From a virus (Duplodnaviria > Heunggongvirae > Uroviricota > Caudoviricetes), in IMG/VR virus record IMGVR_UViG_3300020156_000001, positions 170,321 through 234,320 of that record: a stretch of DNA of 64,000 bases. One strand, written 5' to 3'. The stretch's first letter is position 1; every line of letters begins with the position of its first letter. A program made the position numbers and the translations under genes. Below are positions 8,955 to 18,474 of the stretch, piece by piece. The notes under the pieces are model-generated. The model did no database searches and was not told where the DNA came from. It worked only from the letters and a program-made list of their open reading frames with translations.

Positions 8955-10832
8955 ATGGCTGAACAATCAATCAAAAAACTAACCGACTATTCCCACGTTC
9001 GTCTCAAGACGGAAATGTATTTTGGTTCTCGCGCACCTCATGAACAAACTGTTCTCGCTTATGATGGTCTAAAGCCGGTTCCAAAGACGTATGTTTGGGT
9101 TCCTGCGGTTTACACTGCATTCCGTGAAATCATCGACAACTCTCTTGATGAGGTCGTAGGTCACGGACATGGTAATCGCATCGACGTAACATATGATCCG
9201 GAAACACGTGAAATGAGTGTTGAGGATAATGGTCGCGGTATTCCGATTACTTGGGATGAAGCTCATCAAATGCACGCGGCAACTCTTGCTTTGTCTGAGG
9301 CGCGTGCTGGCCGTAACTTTGAAACTCGTGGTGAAGTCGCTGGTACAAATGGTATTGGTGCCGCAGGTGTCAACTTTTGCTCCGAATATTTCAAGCTGAC
9401 CATTCATCGTGATGGCAAAAAGTTCTCGCAAAGCTTTTCCGAAGGCAATGAATTGCTTGGCGAAGAGTTGGTTGCAAGTGAACCAAAGATTATCGAAAAG
9501 AAGGGTGATCTCACAGGCACCAAGGTCGTGTTTAAGCTGAGCACAAAGGTGTTCGCCGACACAACACTTCCACTGGAATTTGTTCGTGATCGTATCACAG
9601 AAATTGCAATTGCTAACCCACTAATTCGCGTTTACTTCAACGGTAATCAGATTAAGGTTAAGCCACGCCCCGAACAAACAATGTTCGAAAAGATCAAGCC
9701 GATCAACGTGGAAATCAAGCAGGACACGTTCCGCACGCGCTTTTGGCTTGTTCCAAAGTTTATCGATGATGGCGAACATTTTCACACTCTCGTAAACAAT
9801 ATTCCCGCTTTTAACGGCGGTGTTCACGTGGAAATGTTCCGTCGCGAGTTCTACAAGGGCTTGCTTGGTGCACTGGAAAAAGAATCCAAGCGTCGCAAGC
9901 TACAGCCAAACCGCTCCGACGTTACTGAAGGCGTTCTCATCTACAACATCACCAACATGCACGGTCCAAACTTTGACTCTCAAAGCAAGACTCGTTTGAT
10001 CAACGAAGAAGTTGGCAAGATTGTTGGAAAGCAGCTTGAAGATCCTGAGCTTTACAAGGAAGTGATCAAGAAGAACAAAGAGTGGATTGATGAAATCTAC
10101 CAGCGTTGTTCCGAACGCACAATGAAGAAGGACGCAGCGGATATTGCAAAGGCCGCTAAAAAGCTTTCCCGCAGCAAGGTAGCTGGTCTTATGGATGCCA
10201 ATGCTAAGGATCGCACCAAGTGCATCTTGTTCCTAGCAGAAGGTGAATCCGCTATTTCGGGTATGAGCAGCGTTCGTGATCCTGAAATTCATGGTGGTCT
10301 CGCACTGCGCGGTAAGGTTCTCAACGTCAACGGGGAATCACTCAAGACGGTTATTGACAACAAGGCCCTGGCAGACATTATGAATTCGCTAGGACTAGTT
10401 GTTGGTCAGAAAGCCAAGCGTGCGGATCTCCGTTATGGCGCCGTTTACATCGCCCACGACATGGACCCAGATGGTCTAAACATTGGTGCGTTGTTGATGA
10501 ACTTCTTCCACACGTTCTGGCCCGAATTGTTTGATCCAAAGGAAGCCGCGTTTATCAACATTTTCAAGACTCCGTTTATTATCGCGGAAAAGGGAAAGCA
10601 GCGTAAGTATTGGTACTCGCATAACTATCAGGAATTTGATCCGGTAGCACATTCGGGTTGGTCTATTACCCGCGCTAAGGGTTTGTCCACTCTAACCGAA
10701 GAAGACTGGCAGTATTCGTTGGATAATCCAGAGCTATTCCCAATTATAAATGATGGGAAGATGCAGGACACATTGGATCTAATCTTCAACACTACACGAT
10801 CGGATGATCGTAAAGACTGGATTGGAATGTAA
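8955..10832 (+). CDS. DNA topoisomerase II large subunit (T4 gp39/gp60-like; GyrB-type ATPase + Toprim)
   Basis: N-terminus LTDYSHVRLKTEMYFGS and the GHKL ATPase region resemble T4 gp39. Toprim-like EGESA/DxD region FLAEGESAISG ... DMDPDG. Confidence 0.8.
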   Translation: MAEQSIKKLTDYSHVRLKTEMYFGSRAPHEQTVLAYDGLKPVPKTYVWVPAVYTAFREIIDNSLDEVVGHGHGNRIDVTYDPETREMSVEDNGRGIPITWDEAHQMHAATLALSEARAGRNFETRGEVAGTNGIGAAGVNFCSEYFKLTIHRDGKKFSQSFSEGNELLGEELVASEPKIIEKKGDLTGTKVVFKLSTKVFADTTLPLEFVRDRITEIAIANPLIRVYFNGNQIKVKPRPEQTMFEKIKPINVEIKQDTFRTRFWLVPKFIDDGEHFHTLVNNIPAFNGGVHVEMFRREFYKGLLGALEKESKRRKLQPNRSDVTEGVLIYNITNMHGPNFDSQSKTRLINEEVGKIVGKQLEDPELYKEVIKKNKEWIDEIYQRCSERTMKKDAADIAKAAKKLSRSKVAGLMDANAKDRTKCILFLAEGESAISGMSSVRDPEIHGGLALRGKVLNVNGESLKTVIDNKALADIMNSLGLVVGQKAKRADLRYGAVYIAHDMDPDGLNIGALLMNFFHTFWPELFDPKEAAFINIFKTPFIIAEKGKQRKYWYSHNYQEFDPVAHSGWSITRAKGLSTLTEEDWQYSLDNPELFPIINDGKMQDTLDLIFNTTRSDDRKDWIGM

Positions 10833-10876
10833 CAACATTCCTTTCCACTATATTTTAGAAATTAATAAGGCTCAAA

Positions 10877-12229
10877 ATGGCAACACTATCTAGCTCCTCA
10901 TATATTCTCGATACTTCACGTGAATACTCTATCTATGTTTGTGAAAACCGCGCAATTCCAAAAGTTGCCGATGGTCTCAAGGACGCACAACGCAAGGCAC
11001 TTTGGCTAATCCGTAACAAAGCGGAAAAGGTCAAGACTGTATCTTTGGCTGGTGAAATGATTCAATCCGGCTTGTACTTGCACGGTGACGCTTCCGCAGC
11101 GGGCGCTGTTTCAATGCTTGCGGCTCCTTTTGTAAACAACGTGCCGCTGCTCAATGGTATTGGTACGTTTGGTACTCGTACTGCGCCGGTTGAAGGTATT
11201 GGTGCTCCACGTTACACCTACGTAAAGCGTGGCTCCGCTTTGACTCAGCTTATGCTGCCGGACTTGGATATCGTTCCTCTTAAGGAAAACTATGATGGCT
11301 CCGTAAAGGAACCCGTACACTTTCTTCCACTAATCCCTACGGTTCTCCTAAATGGTGTTTCGGGTATTGCGGTGGGTTGGTCTACTGAAATCCTACGTCG
11401 CAAGTTTTCCGATATTGTTGAAGCTTCGATTGCAGCTTTGGATGGCAAGAAGATCAAGCAGCTGGTGCCACATTACGAGCGTTTTGATGTCAACGTAAGC
11501 CATCTCGAAGGCAACACTTGGAACATGAATGGTCGTGTGGAACTTGTGGACACTTCTACAATGCGTGTTACCGAGCTTCCACCGGATCTAACACTGGCAA
11601 AGTTCAAGGAACGTCTTAACACACTTGAAGACGAAGGCAAGATCAACACTTACACGGACCGCTCCACAAAAACCATCGACATCACTATCAAGATGGCACG
11701 TGGCACGATTTCCGGCTGGGATGAAGAAAAGGCCATTGATTTCCTAAAGCTCAAGCAAAAGAAGACCGAACGTATCGTTGTTGTGGATTGGAATAACTCC
11801 AGCATCAAGCAGTACGACACGGCTGAAGAAGTTGTGCAAAGCTTTGTTAAGTGGCGTTTGGGTTGGTATACAGTACGTTACGAATATATGCTGGCAGAAG
11901 ACGAGTACTCGTTGAACTTCTGGAAGGCAGTGAAGGCTTGCTTTGATGGTAAGCTGCCTGCAAAGCTTCCAACACTTGCCAACAAAGCAGCGATTCAAGA
12001 TGAAGTTATCAAGCTGACCAAGGGCATCAATGTTGATGAGTCGCAAAGTGATAAAATCGTTAGCTTGCCATCATTCCGTTGGGCCAAGGACGCGTATCAA
12101 GACGTTCTCGACAACATTGCACGTTTGGAAACAAACATTCAAACCTATACGGCTACACTTGCTGATCCAAAGGCATTGAAGGCAATTTACAGGGATGAAC
12201 TCGTAGCGTTGTCCAAGCTAAAGTTCTAA
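10877..12229 (+). CDS. DNA topoisomerase II medium subunit (T4 gp52-like; GyrA-type breakage-reunion)
   Basis: ADGLKDAQRKALW ... GDASAAGAV is GyrA/ParC N-terminal-like. Immediately follows the gp39-like gene. Confidence 0.75.
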   Translation: MATLSSSSYILDTSREYSIYVCENRAIPKVADGLKDAQRKALWLIRNKAEKVKTVSLAGEMIQSGLYLHGDASAAGAVSMLAAPFVNNVPLLNGIGTFGTRTAPVEGIGAPRYTYVKRGSALTQLMLPDLDIVPLKENYDGSVKEPVHFLPLIPTVLLNGVSGIAVGWSTEILRRKFSDIVEASIAALDGKKIKQLVPHYERFDVNVSHLEGNTWNMNGRVELVDTSTMRVTELPPDLTLAKFKERLNTLEDEGKINTYTDRSTKTIDITIKMARGTISGWDEEKAIDFLKLKQKKTERIVVVDWNNSSIKQYDTAEEVVQSFVKWRLGWYTVRYEYMLAEDEYSLNFWKAVKACFDGKLPAKLPTLANKAAIQDEVIKLTKGINVDESQSDKIVSLPSFRWAKDAYQDVLDNIARLETNIQTYTATLADPKALKAIYRDELVALSKLKF

Positions 12230-12287
12230 GAAACGAATAACGCCCAGTGATTTTCCACTGGGCGTTTCCATGAGCTACTTGTGCGTC

Positions 12288-13679
12288 TTAGCGATACGTG
12301 TAGTCGACTTCCATATCATTACCGACCAAGTCTTTGAACTTGAGCTTGAGCTTGTAGAAGGTCAGCGATTCAGGAGTTGCATTGGGCCACTTGTGGCGAA
12401 CTGTTTCCAGCTGATCTCTGTGACTACCGTAGCCCCAGAAGTTATTGCGAGAAACCTGCTGAGTAAGCTTGGAAATTCGCTTTTCCTCCAGCAATGCAAT
12501 CGGCGAAATTGCTTCAACCGAACCATAATAGCTGAAGCTACCGGACGAATTTTCCTTGACCGTAACTGGAAGATCCCGCTTGTGGTTTTTCCAGTTGGTA
12601 TCAAACGAGCAGGTACCGTATTGGGTACCGTTGCCATCGTCGTATCCAACAATGCAATGGTTGAGATAATAGCGATCAGCAACATCGCTCTTATATGCCT
12701 TATCCCACCAGTCCAGGAAAAAGTCGGAGTCACCAATTGCAACGAGTTCACGTTCAACACTAACAGTGGTAAACTTGCTTGGGCCGAGAAGAATGCAGCG
12801 CGTTCCATAAGCGTAGTACTCGCCCCAGCTCTTGGGCACATCAACAACGTCTGGACCCTTTTCGGCAATTACCTTGTTGAGAATGTTGCAAGCTTCATCC
12901 TGCGTGATTTCGCCGCTGTCGTCGAGAACTTCCGCGATCTTCAAGCTTGTCTTGAGCTCAATTGATCCGGTTAACTTTCCATCCTTGTCGACATGACGAT
13001 ACGCGAACATATGCTTGTCGCCGCCCAACGGGCCCAGCTTGATGTCGGACATTTGGATGCGATTGCCGTTGGCATCTTCTTCCTTGCGCGTGTAGCCGTA
13101 GCCAAAAACGCGACCATAGTAGATTGCTTCCGTACCGTTCTGGAAGAGAATCTTCATGCCCGGCTTGACGTCCTTGACAGAAGTCCGCTTGCCCATACGT
13201 TCGGTGTTTGTGGTCGCACGAGTGTAAACTTCCGAAGCCGTTGGAATGAGAATGTTGTTGGAACCAAGCCGGCCCCAAATGCACTCCTCGAGAATTTCAC
13301 CCTTTTCGATGGTTGAAATTTCGAGAATTTCCTGGAAGTTACCCGAGCCGATTTCCAGCTGAAATCCGCGAGGATCTTCGATACGCCATGCGTCGGAACG
13401 AGCATCCCAACCACGGCCGCCGCCGGCCACCAGCTTTGCGATCTTGAAGCCAACCATTGGCTTGTTCTCGTATGTGGACGCCGGCAATGTTGCTTGTTTG
13501 GCCGAACCATAACCTGAGCCGCTTGCCCAGCTATCAACAGTGGCTTTGCGCTTTTCCGCAGCTTTGTCAGTACCATCGGGCGTCATAAAGCCCAGTGGAA
13601 GTTCGTCGCCCGAACGCTTTTGATATCCCACATAATGGGCAGTGGGGATTTTGATATCAAGGGAGTTTTTGGTAGACAT
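12288..13679 (-). CDS. hypothetical protein (463 aa)
   Basis: Long intact ORF; no motif recognised. Confidence 0.55.
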   Translation of the reverse strand: MSTKNSLDIKIPTAHYVGYQKRSGDELPLGFMTPDGTDKAAEKRKATVDSWASGSGYGSAKQATLPASTYENKPMVGFKIAKLVAGGGRGWDARSDAWRIEDPRGFQLEIGSGNFQEILEISTIEKGEILEECIWGRLGSNNILIPTASEVYTRATTNTERMGKRTSVKDVKPGMKILFQNGTEAIYYGRVFGYGYTRKEEDANGNRIQMSDIKLGPLGGDKHMFAYRHVDKDGKLTGSIELKTSLKIAEVLDDSGEITQDEACNILNKVIAEKGPDVVDVPKSWGEYYAYGTRCILLGPSKFTTVSVERELVAIGDSDFFLDWWDKAYKSDVADRYYLNHCIVGYDDGNGTQYGTCSFDTNWKNHKRDLPVTVKENSSGSFSYYGSVEAISPIALLEEKRISKLTQQVSRNNFWGYGSHRDQLETVRHKWPNATPESLTFYKLKLKFKDLVGNDMEVDYTYR

Positions 13680-13687
13680 TTCGATCC

Positions 13688-13924
13688 TCAGGATTGGAGT
13701 TTAAGGATAAAAGCGTAACGGCGTTGGACTTCGCCCATTGCTTCCATGTATGGCTTAGCAGCTTCTTCCGCTGCCTTTTGTTTTGCCGCGTTCATTTCTC
13801 TGCGGAGGTCTTGAAGCTTGTCCCACATGTCTTTGAGGGCTTCGCTGTTTTCTCGTGCATCAAACTCGCTGCCGCCAAAGCTTGCAAGTGCGTTGCGAAC
13901 GTCGGTAAGAATCTTATCGCTCAA
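13688..13924 (-). CDS. hypothetical helical protein (78 aa)
   Basis: Intact ORF. Confidence 0.4.
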   Translation of the reverse strand: MSDKILTDVRNALASFGGSEFDARENSEALKDMWDKLQDLRREMNAAKQKAAEEAAKPYMEAMGEVQRRYAFILKLQS

Positions 13925-14469
13925 AGCATAAACCCTCCAGCATCACGCCAAGAGTCGAGCCGCTGTTGGCGATCAAAGGCATCCGGTGGAAACTCAACTA
14001 TAAAATGTGGCGCGTCTCGGTACTCGGCCAATGGAATCTTGTCCTTGTCAAGATATCCCTTTTCTTTTGCGACCTTCTCTTCCCAATCACGGATTTCTTC
14101 GCGAAGCTTTTCAACCGCATTTTTGGATTCACGAAGACCTTCGCGGGTAACTGATCGATGCCCTTTGATCACTTGGATAATGTTGGAGAACATGATGCTG
14201 GAACGGATGAAAAAACGATAGCGACCAACATCCTCAGGACCATAAGTGAGCATGTCAAAGATGATGCGTGAGGACCACTGTTTACCAAGAGTCTCACTTA
14301 GGCTGTTTATAACCTCGGTTGCCTTTTCCGCACCATGTACGCGCTTAATCGCACGGATAAACTTGAGCGAAATGTCTTGAACATCAGAAAGCTCTACTTC
14401 CGATGGTTGATCAAAACGTTCCCTTGCAGTCATCATGCGTGAGCCAGATACGTAGTTTGTGGTCATCAA
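13921..14469 (-). CDS. hypothetical protein (182 aa)
   Basis: Intact ORF. Overlaps the downstream start. Confidence 0.5.
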   Translation of the reverse strand: MMTTNYVSGSRMMTARERFDQPSEVELSDVQDISLKFIRAIKRVHGAEKATEVINSLSETLGKQWSSRIIFDMLTYGPEDVGRYRFFIRSSIMFSNIIQVIKGHRSVTREGLRESKNAVEKLREEIRDWEEKVAKEKGYLDKDKIPLAEYRDAPHFIVEFPPDAFDRQQRLDSWRDAGGFML

Positions 14470-14584
14470 CGTGTCCTTATGTTTGCGCCAACATAACTTA
14501 GGTTATCAGTTTGTCAACCGCAATTCAACTAGTTGAAGTTATCGCAAGTTGGCTTTAAATACGGTTGTATCTTTGGAGAATGAA

Positions 14585-15193
14585 ATGGCTTGGACTTATG
14601 AAGCGCGTATGACTCGCGCTATTGCAAAGCTTATCGACACCGCACGTATCGACCGCGTTGATACGTATAAACGTGCCAAATTCTTCGACAAGTATGCTTT
14701 CCGAGTTAGCTTGAATGTAAGCTTGGACCAGTGGGTCAATTTTGATGACCTCACTCAGTATTACCACACCATGTTTGATCCAATGGATGCACATTTGGTA
14801 TGTGTGAGAAGCACGTTCGACATCTTTGTTTATGGAAATGATCCAGCAATCCTCACGTGGCTGATCAAGCATCCATCCGTACAAATCAACAACATGATCC
14901 AAACGGATCCCGCAAGTTGGCATAAGAAGCTACCAAAGAAGAAGAACTTGGGTAAGTTTTTTGGAGAGTTTCGCTTCCGCATTCGTATGCGTGATGCCCA
15001 GTGGGGTGCAAAGCAGGAAAACGTTGACCAACTTGCAGAGCTGGAAATGAACCATCGAATGGTTCTTCGAAAGTATAATCCAGATGTCGCAGTTTACCGC
15101 GACACCTTTATCTATGTGAACAAGCTCAACGAAGTGCTAGTCCTCAAACTAATGTTTGGAGACCAAGTTGCCGAAGTTACTGAGCGCTCTTAG
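14585..15193 (+). CDS. hypothetical protein (about 202 aa)
   Basis: ATG at 14585 with GGAGAA upstream. The longer 14549 start uses TTG. Confidence 0.5.
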   Translation: MAWTYEARMTRAIAKLIDTARIDRVDTYKRAKFFDKYAFRVSLNVSLDQWVNFDDLTQYYHTMFDPMDAHLVCVRSTFDIFVYGNDPAILTWLIKHPSVQINNMIQTDPASWHKKLPKKKNLGKFFGEFRFRIRMRDAQWGAKQENVDQLAELEMNHRMVLRKYNPDVAVYRDTFIYVNKLNEVLVLKLMFGDQVAEVTERS

Positions 15194-15638
15194 GAACATA
15201 ATAAGCAGAATTGTTCTCATGCTCCCAAATCTCAACCTTTGAGATCCAAGCACGGCCCTTTGTCTTTTCTAGAATCAACGGGTTGATCGTATCGTAGACC
15301 CACTTTGCAGAACCTTCAATGCCCGGCCCATGACCCTTGGAAGCGTCCATAACAGTAACACGAACAATGTTAAATTCCTCAAGAGCTTGAATCTTGTCCA
15401 AGTGAGGATCCTCGGAGCTCAGCAAAAGCTTGTGATCCCATGCGTCTTCGATGATCTTCTTTGCATCACGAAGATCGCCAAAATCTACAACCCACATGCG
15501 CTCGTCGATTTCGCCTTCAAAGTCAAATCTAACGTAGCGACCATAGCCGTGAATCCACGCGCAATGGCCATCATCCAAATATTGACGATGGCCTGTGCTG
15601 ATTGGTCCGATTTTCTTGGAAGAACCGAAATTACCCAT
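15177..15638 (-). CDS. 6-pyruvoyl-tetrahydropterin synthase / QueD-fold protein (HGH replaced by HGY)
   Basis: Colinear with QueD. GHRQ ... DGHCAWIHGYGRY aligns with EGHKCGRLHGHSF. DFGDLRDAKK aligns with DFAELKAAFK. WDHKLL aligns with LDHHYLN. C-terminus E ... Y. Confidence 0.65.
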   Translation of the reverse strand: MGNFGSSKKIGPISTGHRQYLDDGHCAWIHGYGRYVRFDFEGEIDERMWVVDFGDLRDAKKIIEDAWDHKLLLSSEDPHLDKIQALEEFNIVRVTVMDASKGHGPGIEGSAKWVYDTINPLILEKTKGRAWISKVEIWEHENNSAYYVPKSAQ

Positions 15639-15722
15639 AATATACTCCTGTAATGTTGACAGAAAGCTTTCTGTCCTGTTATCACAAATATAGCTGGTTC
15701 AGACAAGTAGAGTCAAAATTTA

Positions 15723-16082
15723 ATGCGCGGCCTTAGAGATGAAGAAAAGAAGCTTTGGGAGGACTTTACACAAGGTGTAAAGTTGGAGCCCTCTGACTCA
15801 CTTCCTTTGCCGCCAAAGACTACTCGTCCTCAGGTTCAGGATATATCATTTTCAACGGTGTTGGATCTTCACCATTATACGATCCAACAAGCCTACGAAG
15901 CGAGCAGTGCTCATCTTGAGCAGGCCTTCTATTTACGAATTAAGAAGGTCCAGCATATCACAGGGAAAAGCGGGCAAATATCTCAGGAGTTTGAAACCTG
16001 GGCAAAGCTGCATCCTAGAGTCCGTAAAATACAAAAACAAAATGATGGCGGAGCTTGGCTATTATGGCTAAAAAAGTCGTAG
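15723..16082 (+). CDS. Smr (small MutS-related) domain protein
   Basis: LDLHHYT ... ITGKSGQ ... NDGGAWLL matches the Smr LDLHG ... ITGKG core. Confidence 0.6.
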   Translation: MRGLRDEEKKLWEDFTQGVKLEPSDSLPLPPKTTRPQVQDISFSTVLDLHHYTIQQAYEASSAHLEQAFYLRIKKVQHITGKSGQISQEFETWAKLHPRVRKIQKQNDGGAWLLWLKKS

Positions 16083-16381
16083 ACGCAGATATTCTACATG
16101 CAAAAATTCAAAGCCTAACTTACCGTAATTGGTGCGGTGTGGGCTATTACAGTGGGTCGGGCTACAACAATAACAATGTGGAAGACGCAATGCGGGCAGC
16201 CGCAGCGCAAATCAATTCACAAATTGCGGCCAACGTAAACGACGCGATTCGTCACGTTCTTATGGAATTGCAGAACGCGATTGTAGAGGCCAGCTTTGAT
16301 GAAACTGCCGGCCTCTGCGGACTTTGCCGTCCAATGGATGGTGAATGTTTGCCGCCGGATTTTCGTCCAGTTAATCGTTGA
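16055..16381 (+). CDS. hypothetical protein (108 aa)
   Basis: ORF overlaps the Smr gene's 3' end by 28 nt. Confidence 0.35.
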   Translation: MAIMAKKVVDADILHAKIQSLTYRNWCGVGYYSGSGYNNNNVEDAMRAAAAQINSQIAANVNDAIRHVLMELQNAIVEASFDETAGLCGLCRPMDGECLPPDFRPVNR

Positions 16382-16901
16382 GATTTAGGGCGTCGATAAA
16401 TTCAATGCCATGTAGTTCACAACCTGGAAGAACCATGGACTTGAGATCATCAACAAGTGCGGTGAGCCCAAGCTCCTTACACTTGAGACCCTTCCAAACG
16501 GAAACTCCATTATAGAGTTCTTCATAGTGTTCAACAGTGACTTTGTGGTGTTTGAGGCCACGAAGCCACTTTTGTTCACTCTTTGAACCACGTTCGCCAA
16601 CTCTGCTTAGAAGTTCCCAGAAAGGAACCCCAAGTTCCTTTGGCATTCCGTGAACACCATGGAACATGGAAAGATCCATACCAAACGCCCCAATGTCTTG
16701 GGCGATCATATCAAAATCTCTGCCGTTGCGGAAAGTGACTAAGTGGAGTTCCACTTGCTTGTGGTGTTCCTCAACCCATCGCTGGAGAAAAAAGCTGTTC
16801 GGCCCATGGATAAGAGTTGAGTCGATATCCACTCCAATCGCTTTGTGAGCGTTTAGTTTTGGGTGGTAAAAGAAACTCTTGGGCGATTCTGCAAGTGTCA
16901 T
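16371..16901 (-). CDS. HAD-superfamily phosphatase-like protein
   Basis: N-terminal IGVDIDSTLIHG carries the HAD motif I DxDxT. Confidence 0.55.
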   Translation of the reverse strand: MTLAESPKSFFYHPKLNAHKAIGVDIDSTLIHGPNSFFLQRWVEEHHKQVELHLVTFRNGRDFDMIAQDIGAFGMDLSMFHGVHGMPKELGVPFWELLSRVGERGSKSEQKWLRGLKHHKVTVEHYEELYNGVSVWKGLKCKELGLTALVDDLKSMVLPGCELHGIEFIDALNLND

Positions 16902-16948
16902 GTGTTCTCCTTATTCCACTGTTATAACAGGAAATCAGGAACTGTCAA

Positions 16949-17311
16949 CTACAGCCAAGCTAACCGAAACAAACTGGCATATTTGGCATCTTTGAACATG
17001 ATAACGCATTGGACGGCAAATGGCGGGCCATGGTAGTCGTTCATTTCAATCACATGCCAAGTCCAACTCATATCATAGCCAAAAGTACCGCAGTGTAAGC
17101 CAGTGTCTTTGATCCACTGCTTTACGTTGGATTTGAAATCCACAACAGAAAGAACCTGTTGGACATTTCTGGCCCTTACTCTTGAGCTATGGGACCATTT
17201 GTTGATCATGTCGTGTGTGTCGGGAGGAACATCGAAAAGTTTATCAAAATCATCAGCGTCATCCAAGATGAAAATAACGCCACCGCCTCTGTTTTGTGTT
17301 TTTACAGCCAT
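16949..17311 (-). CDS. LFKLRW-family small protein A (120 aa)
   Basis: C-terminus KYASLFRLAWL. Upstream KQWIKDTG. Confidence 0.55.
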   Translation of the reverse strand: MAVKTQNRGGGVIFILDDADDFDKLFDVPPDTHDMINKWSHSSRVRARNVQQVLSVVDFKSNVKQWIKDTGLHCGTFGYDMSWTWHVIEMNDYHGPPFAVQCVIMFKDAKYASLFRLAWL

Positions 17312-17619
17312 GCCAGTTTAAACACCAATGCTTTGTCATCCTGTGGTATCCACAACCGCAAGGCAACTTTTATTTCCATAGTCGACGCTGCCCATAACGC
17401 TTGCCAGGTAAAATTGCAATCCTGGGGATGCCAATTCATGTCGTCAAGCCACTCACTAAAATCGTCTTTAAGAGGTAGCTTGTCCAACATTGCTTGATGG
17501 AGTTTGACATCCGCATCAGTAAAATAATTGATACGATGGCTATTGAGAAACCAAAAGTATGGCTCAATATCAAAGAACGGTTCAGCGTGATAAAAATCGA
17601 AATTTTTTCTTAGAGCCAT
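17302..17619 (-). CDS. LFKLRW-family small protein B (105 aa)
   Basis: C-terminus DDKALVFKLAWL. SEWLDDMN. Confidence 0.55.
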   Translation of the reverse strand: MALRKNFDFYHAEPFFDIEPYFWFLNSHRINYFTDADVKLHQAMLDKLPLKDDFSEWLDDMNWHPQDCNFTWQALWAASTMEIKVALRLWIPQDDKALVFKLAWL

Positions 17620-17873
17620 CTCAGCTTAAACAGCATTGCAGTTTTACTATCGTCAAAAACTATCGATGGACCATCTTCGATGTTCTCATTGTTGTACGCA
17701 TACTTACTCTTGGCATTGGTTTCAAGCCATTCCTCAACTTCAGGATTCAAGAACATCAAGTCGCCACTGATCTCGACCGGTGAGCCACCGTAACATTTTA
17801 TATCCACAATCACATTGTCCTCAAACATATGATTGTGGTAAAACGTTTCGTACTCTTCGAGATAAAACAGCAT
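17610..17873 (-). CDS. LFKLRW-family small protein C (87 aa)
   Basis: C-terminus SKTAMLFKLRWL. EEWLETNA. Confidence 0.55.
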   Translation of the reverse strand: MLFYLEEYETFYHNHMFEDNVIVDIKCYGGSPVEISGDLMFLNPEVEEWLETNAKSKYAYNNENIEDGPSIVFDDSKTAMLFKLRWL

Positions 17874-18226
17874 TATTCACTCCACGTGAGTTTGAACAAG
17901 CTGGCTGCTTCTTTGCGGTAGAATCTCAAATAAAATGCGTGAACAATCATCTTGTTATAAAACGCATCATCCCAGTAACCCGAGTATAATGGCATGCCAT
18001 CTTCAGCAGTGGCGTGAGTTTCAAGCCACTCTTTTAGCTCCGGCCTTGCATAACTCATAGTGCGGGAAAATGACAAATCCCATGGCCATAAGCCATCATC
18101 ATATCCATCGGAAAAACGACCACTTGGTCCAATTGGACCAAGGTCGAATACCTTTTTGATATCTTTGGGTTCAAGCTGGATAATAAATTGCCCAGTTTGA
18201 TCTTCGCCTTTGTAGATCATGCCCAC
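17873..18226 (-). CDS. LFKLRW-family small protein D (117 aa)
   Basis: C-terminus KEAASLFKLTWSE. RPELKEWLETHA. Confidence 0.55.
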   Translation of the reverse strand: MGMIYKGEDQTGQFIIQLEPKDIKKVFDLGPIGPSGRFSDGYDDGLWPWDLSFSRTMSYARPELKEWLETHATAEDGMPLYSGYWDDAFYNKMIVHAFYLRFYRKEAASLFKLTWSE

Positions 18227-18474
18227 CTCAACTTGAACAGCAAGCGATCATTTTCCGTCTTGAACGCAATGGTTTCACAACTCGTATACGCGACTTGTAT
18301 ATTCTCGTCTGCAAGCCATTGTTTTAGTTCTGGTCGAACAACGTTGTCCCGTTGCGCGTTGTAAGTGGCACCGTTCCAAACCAATCTGGTTAACGTTTCG
18401 AATATCTTTTCCTGTGGAAATTCAAGTTCAAAAGGAAATTCCACTTCTCGATCGACCGTACTAAGCTGCATCAT
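18217..18474 (-). CDS. LFKLRW-family small protein E (85 aa)
   Basis: C-terminus ENDRLLFKLRWA. RPELKQWLADEN. Confidence 0.55.
   Translation of the reverse strand: MMQLSTVDREVEFPFELEFPQEKIFETLTRLVWNGATYNAQRDNVVRPELKQWLADENIQVAYTSCETIAFKTENDRLLFKLRWA

Noticed and set aside
12270-12965. 231-aa plus-strand ORF
   Set aside because: Entirely antisense to the 463-aa gene at 12288..13679. Low-complexity hydrophobic translation. A shadow ORF.
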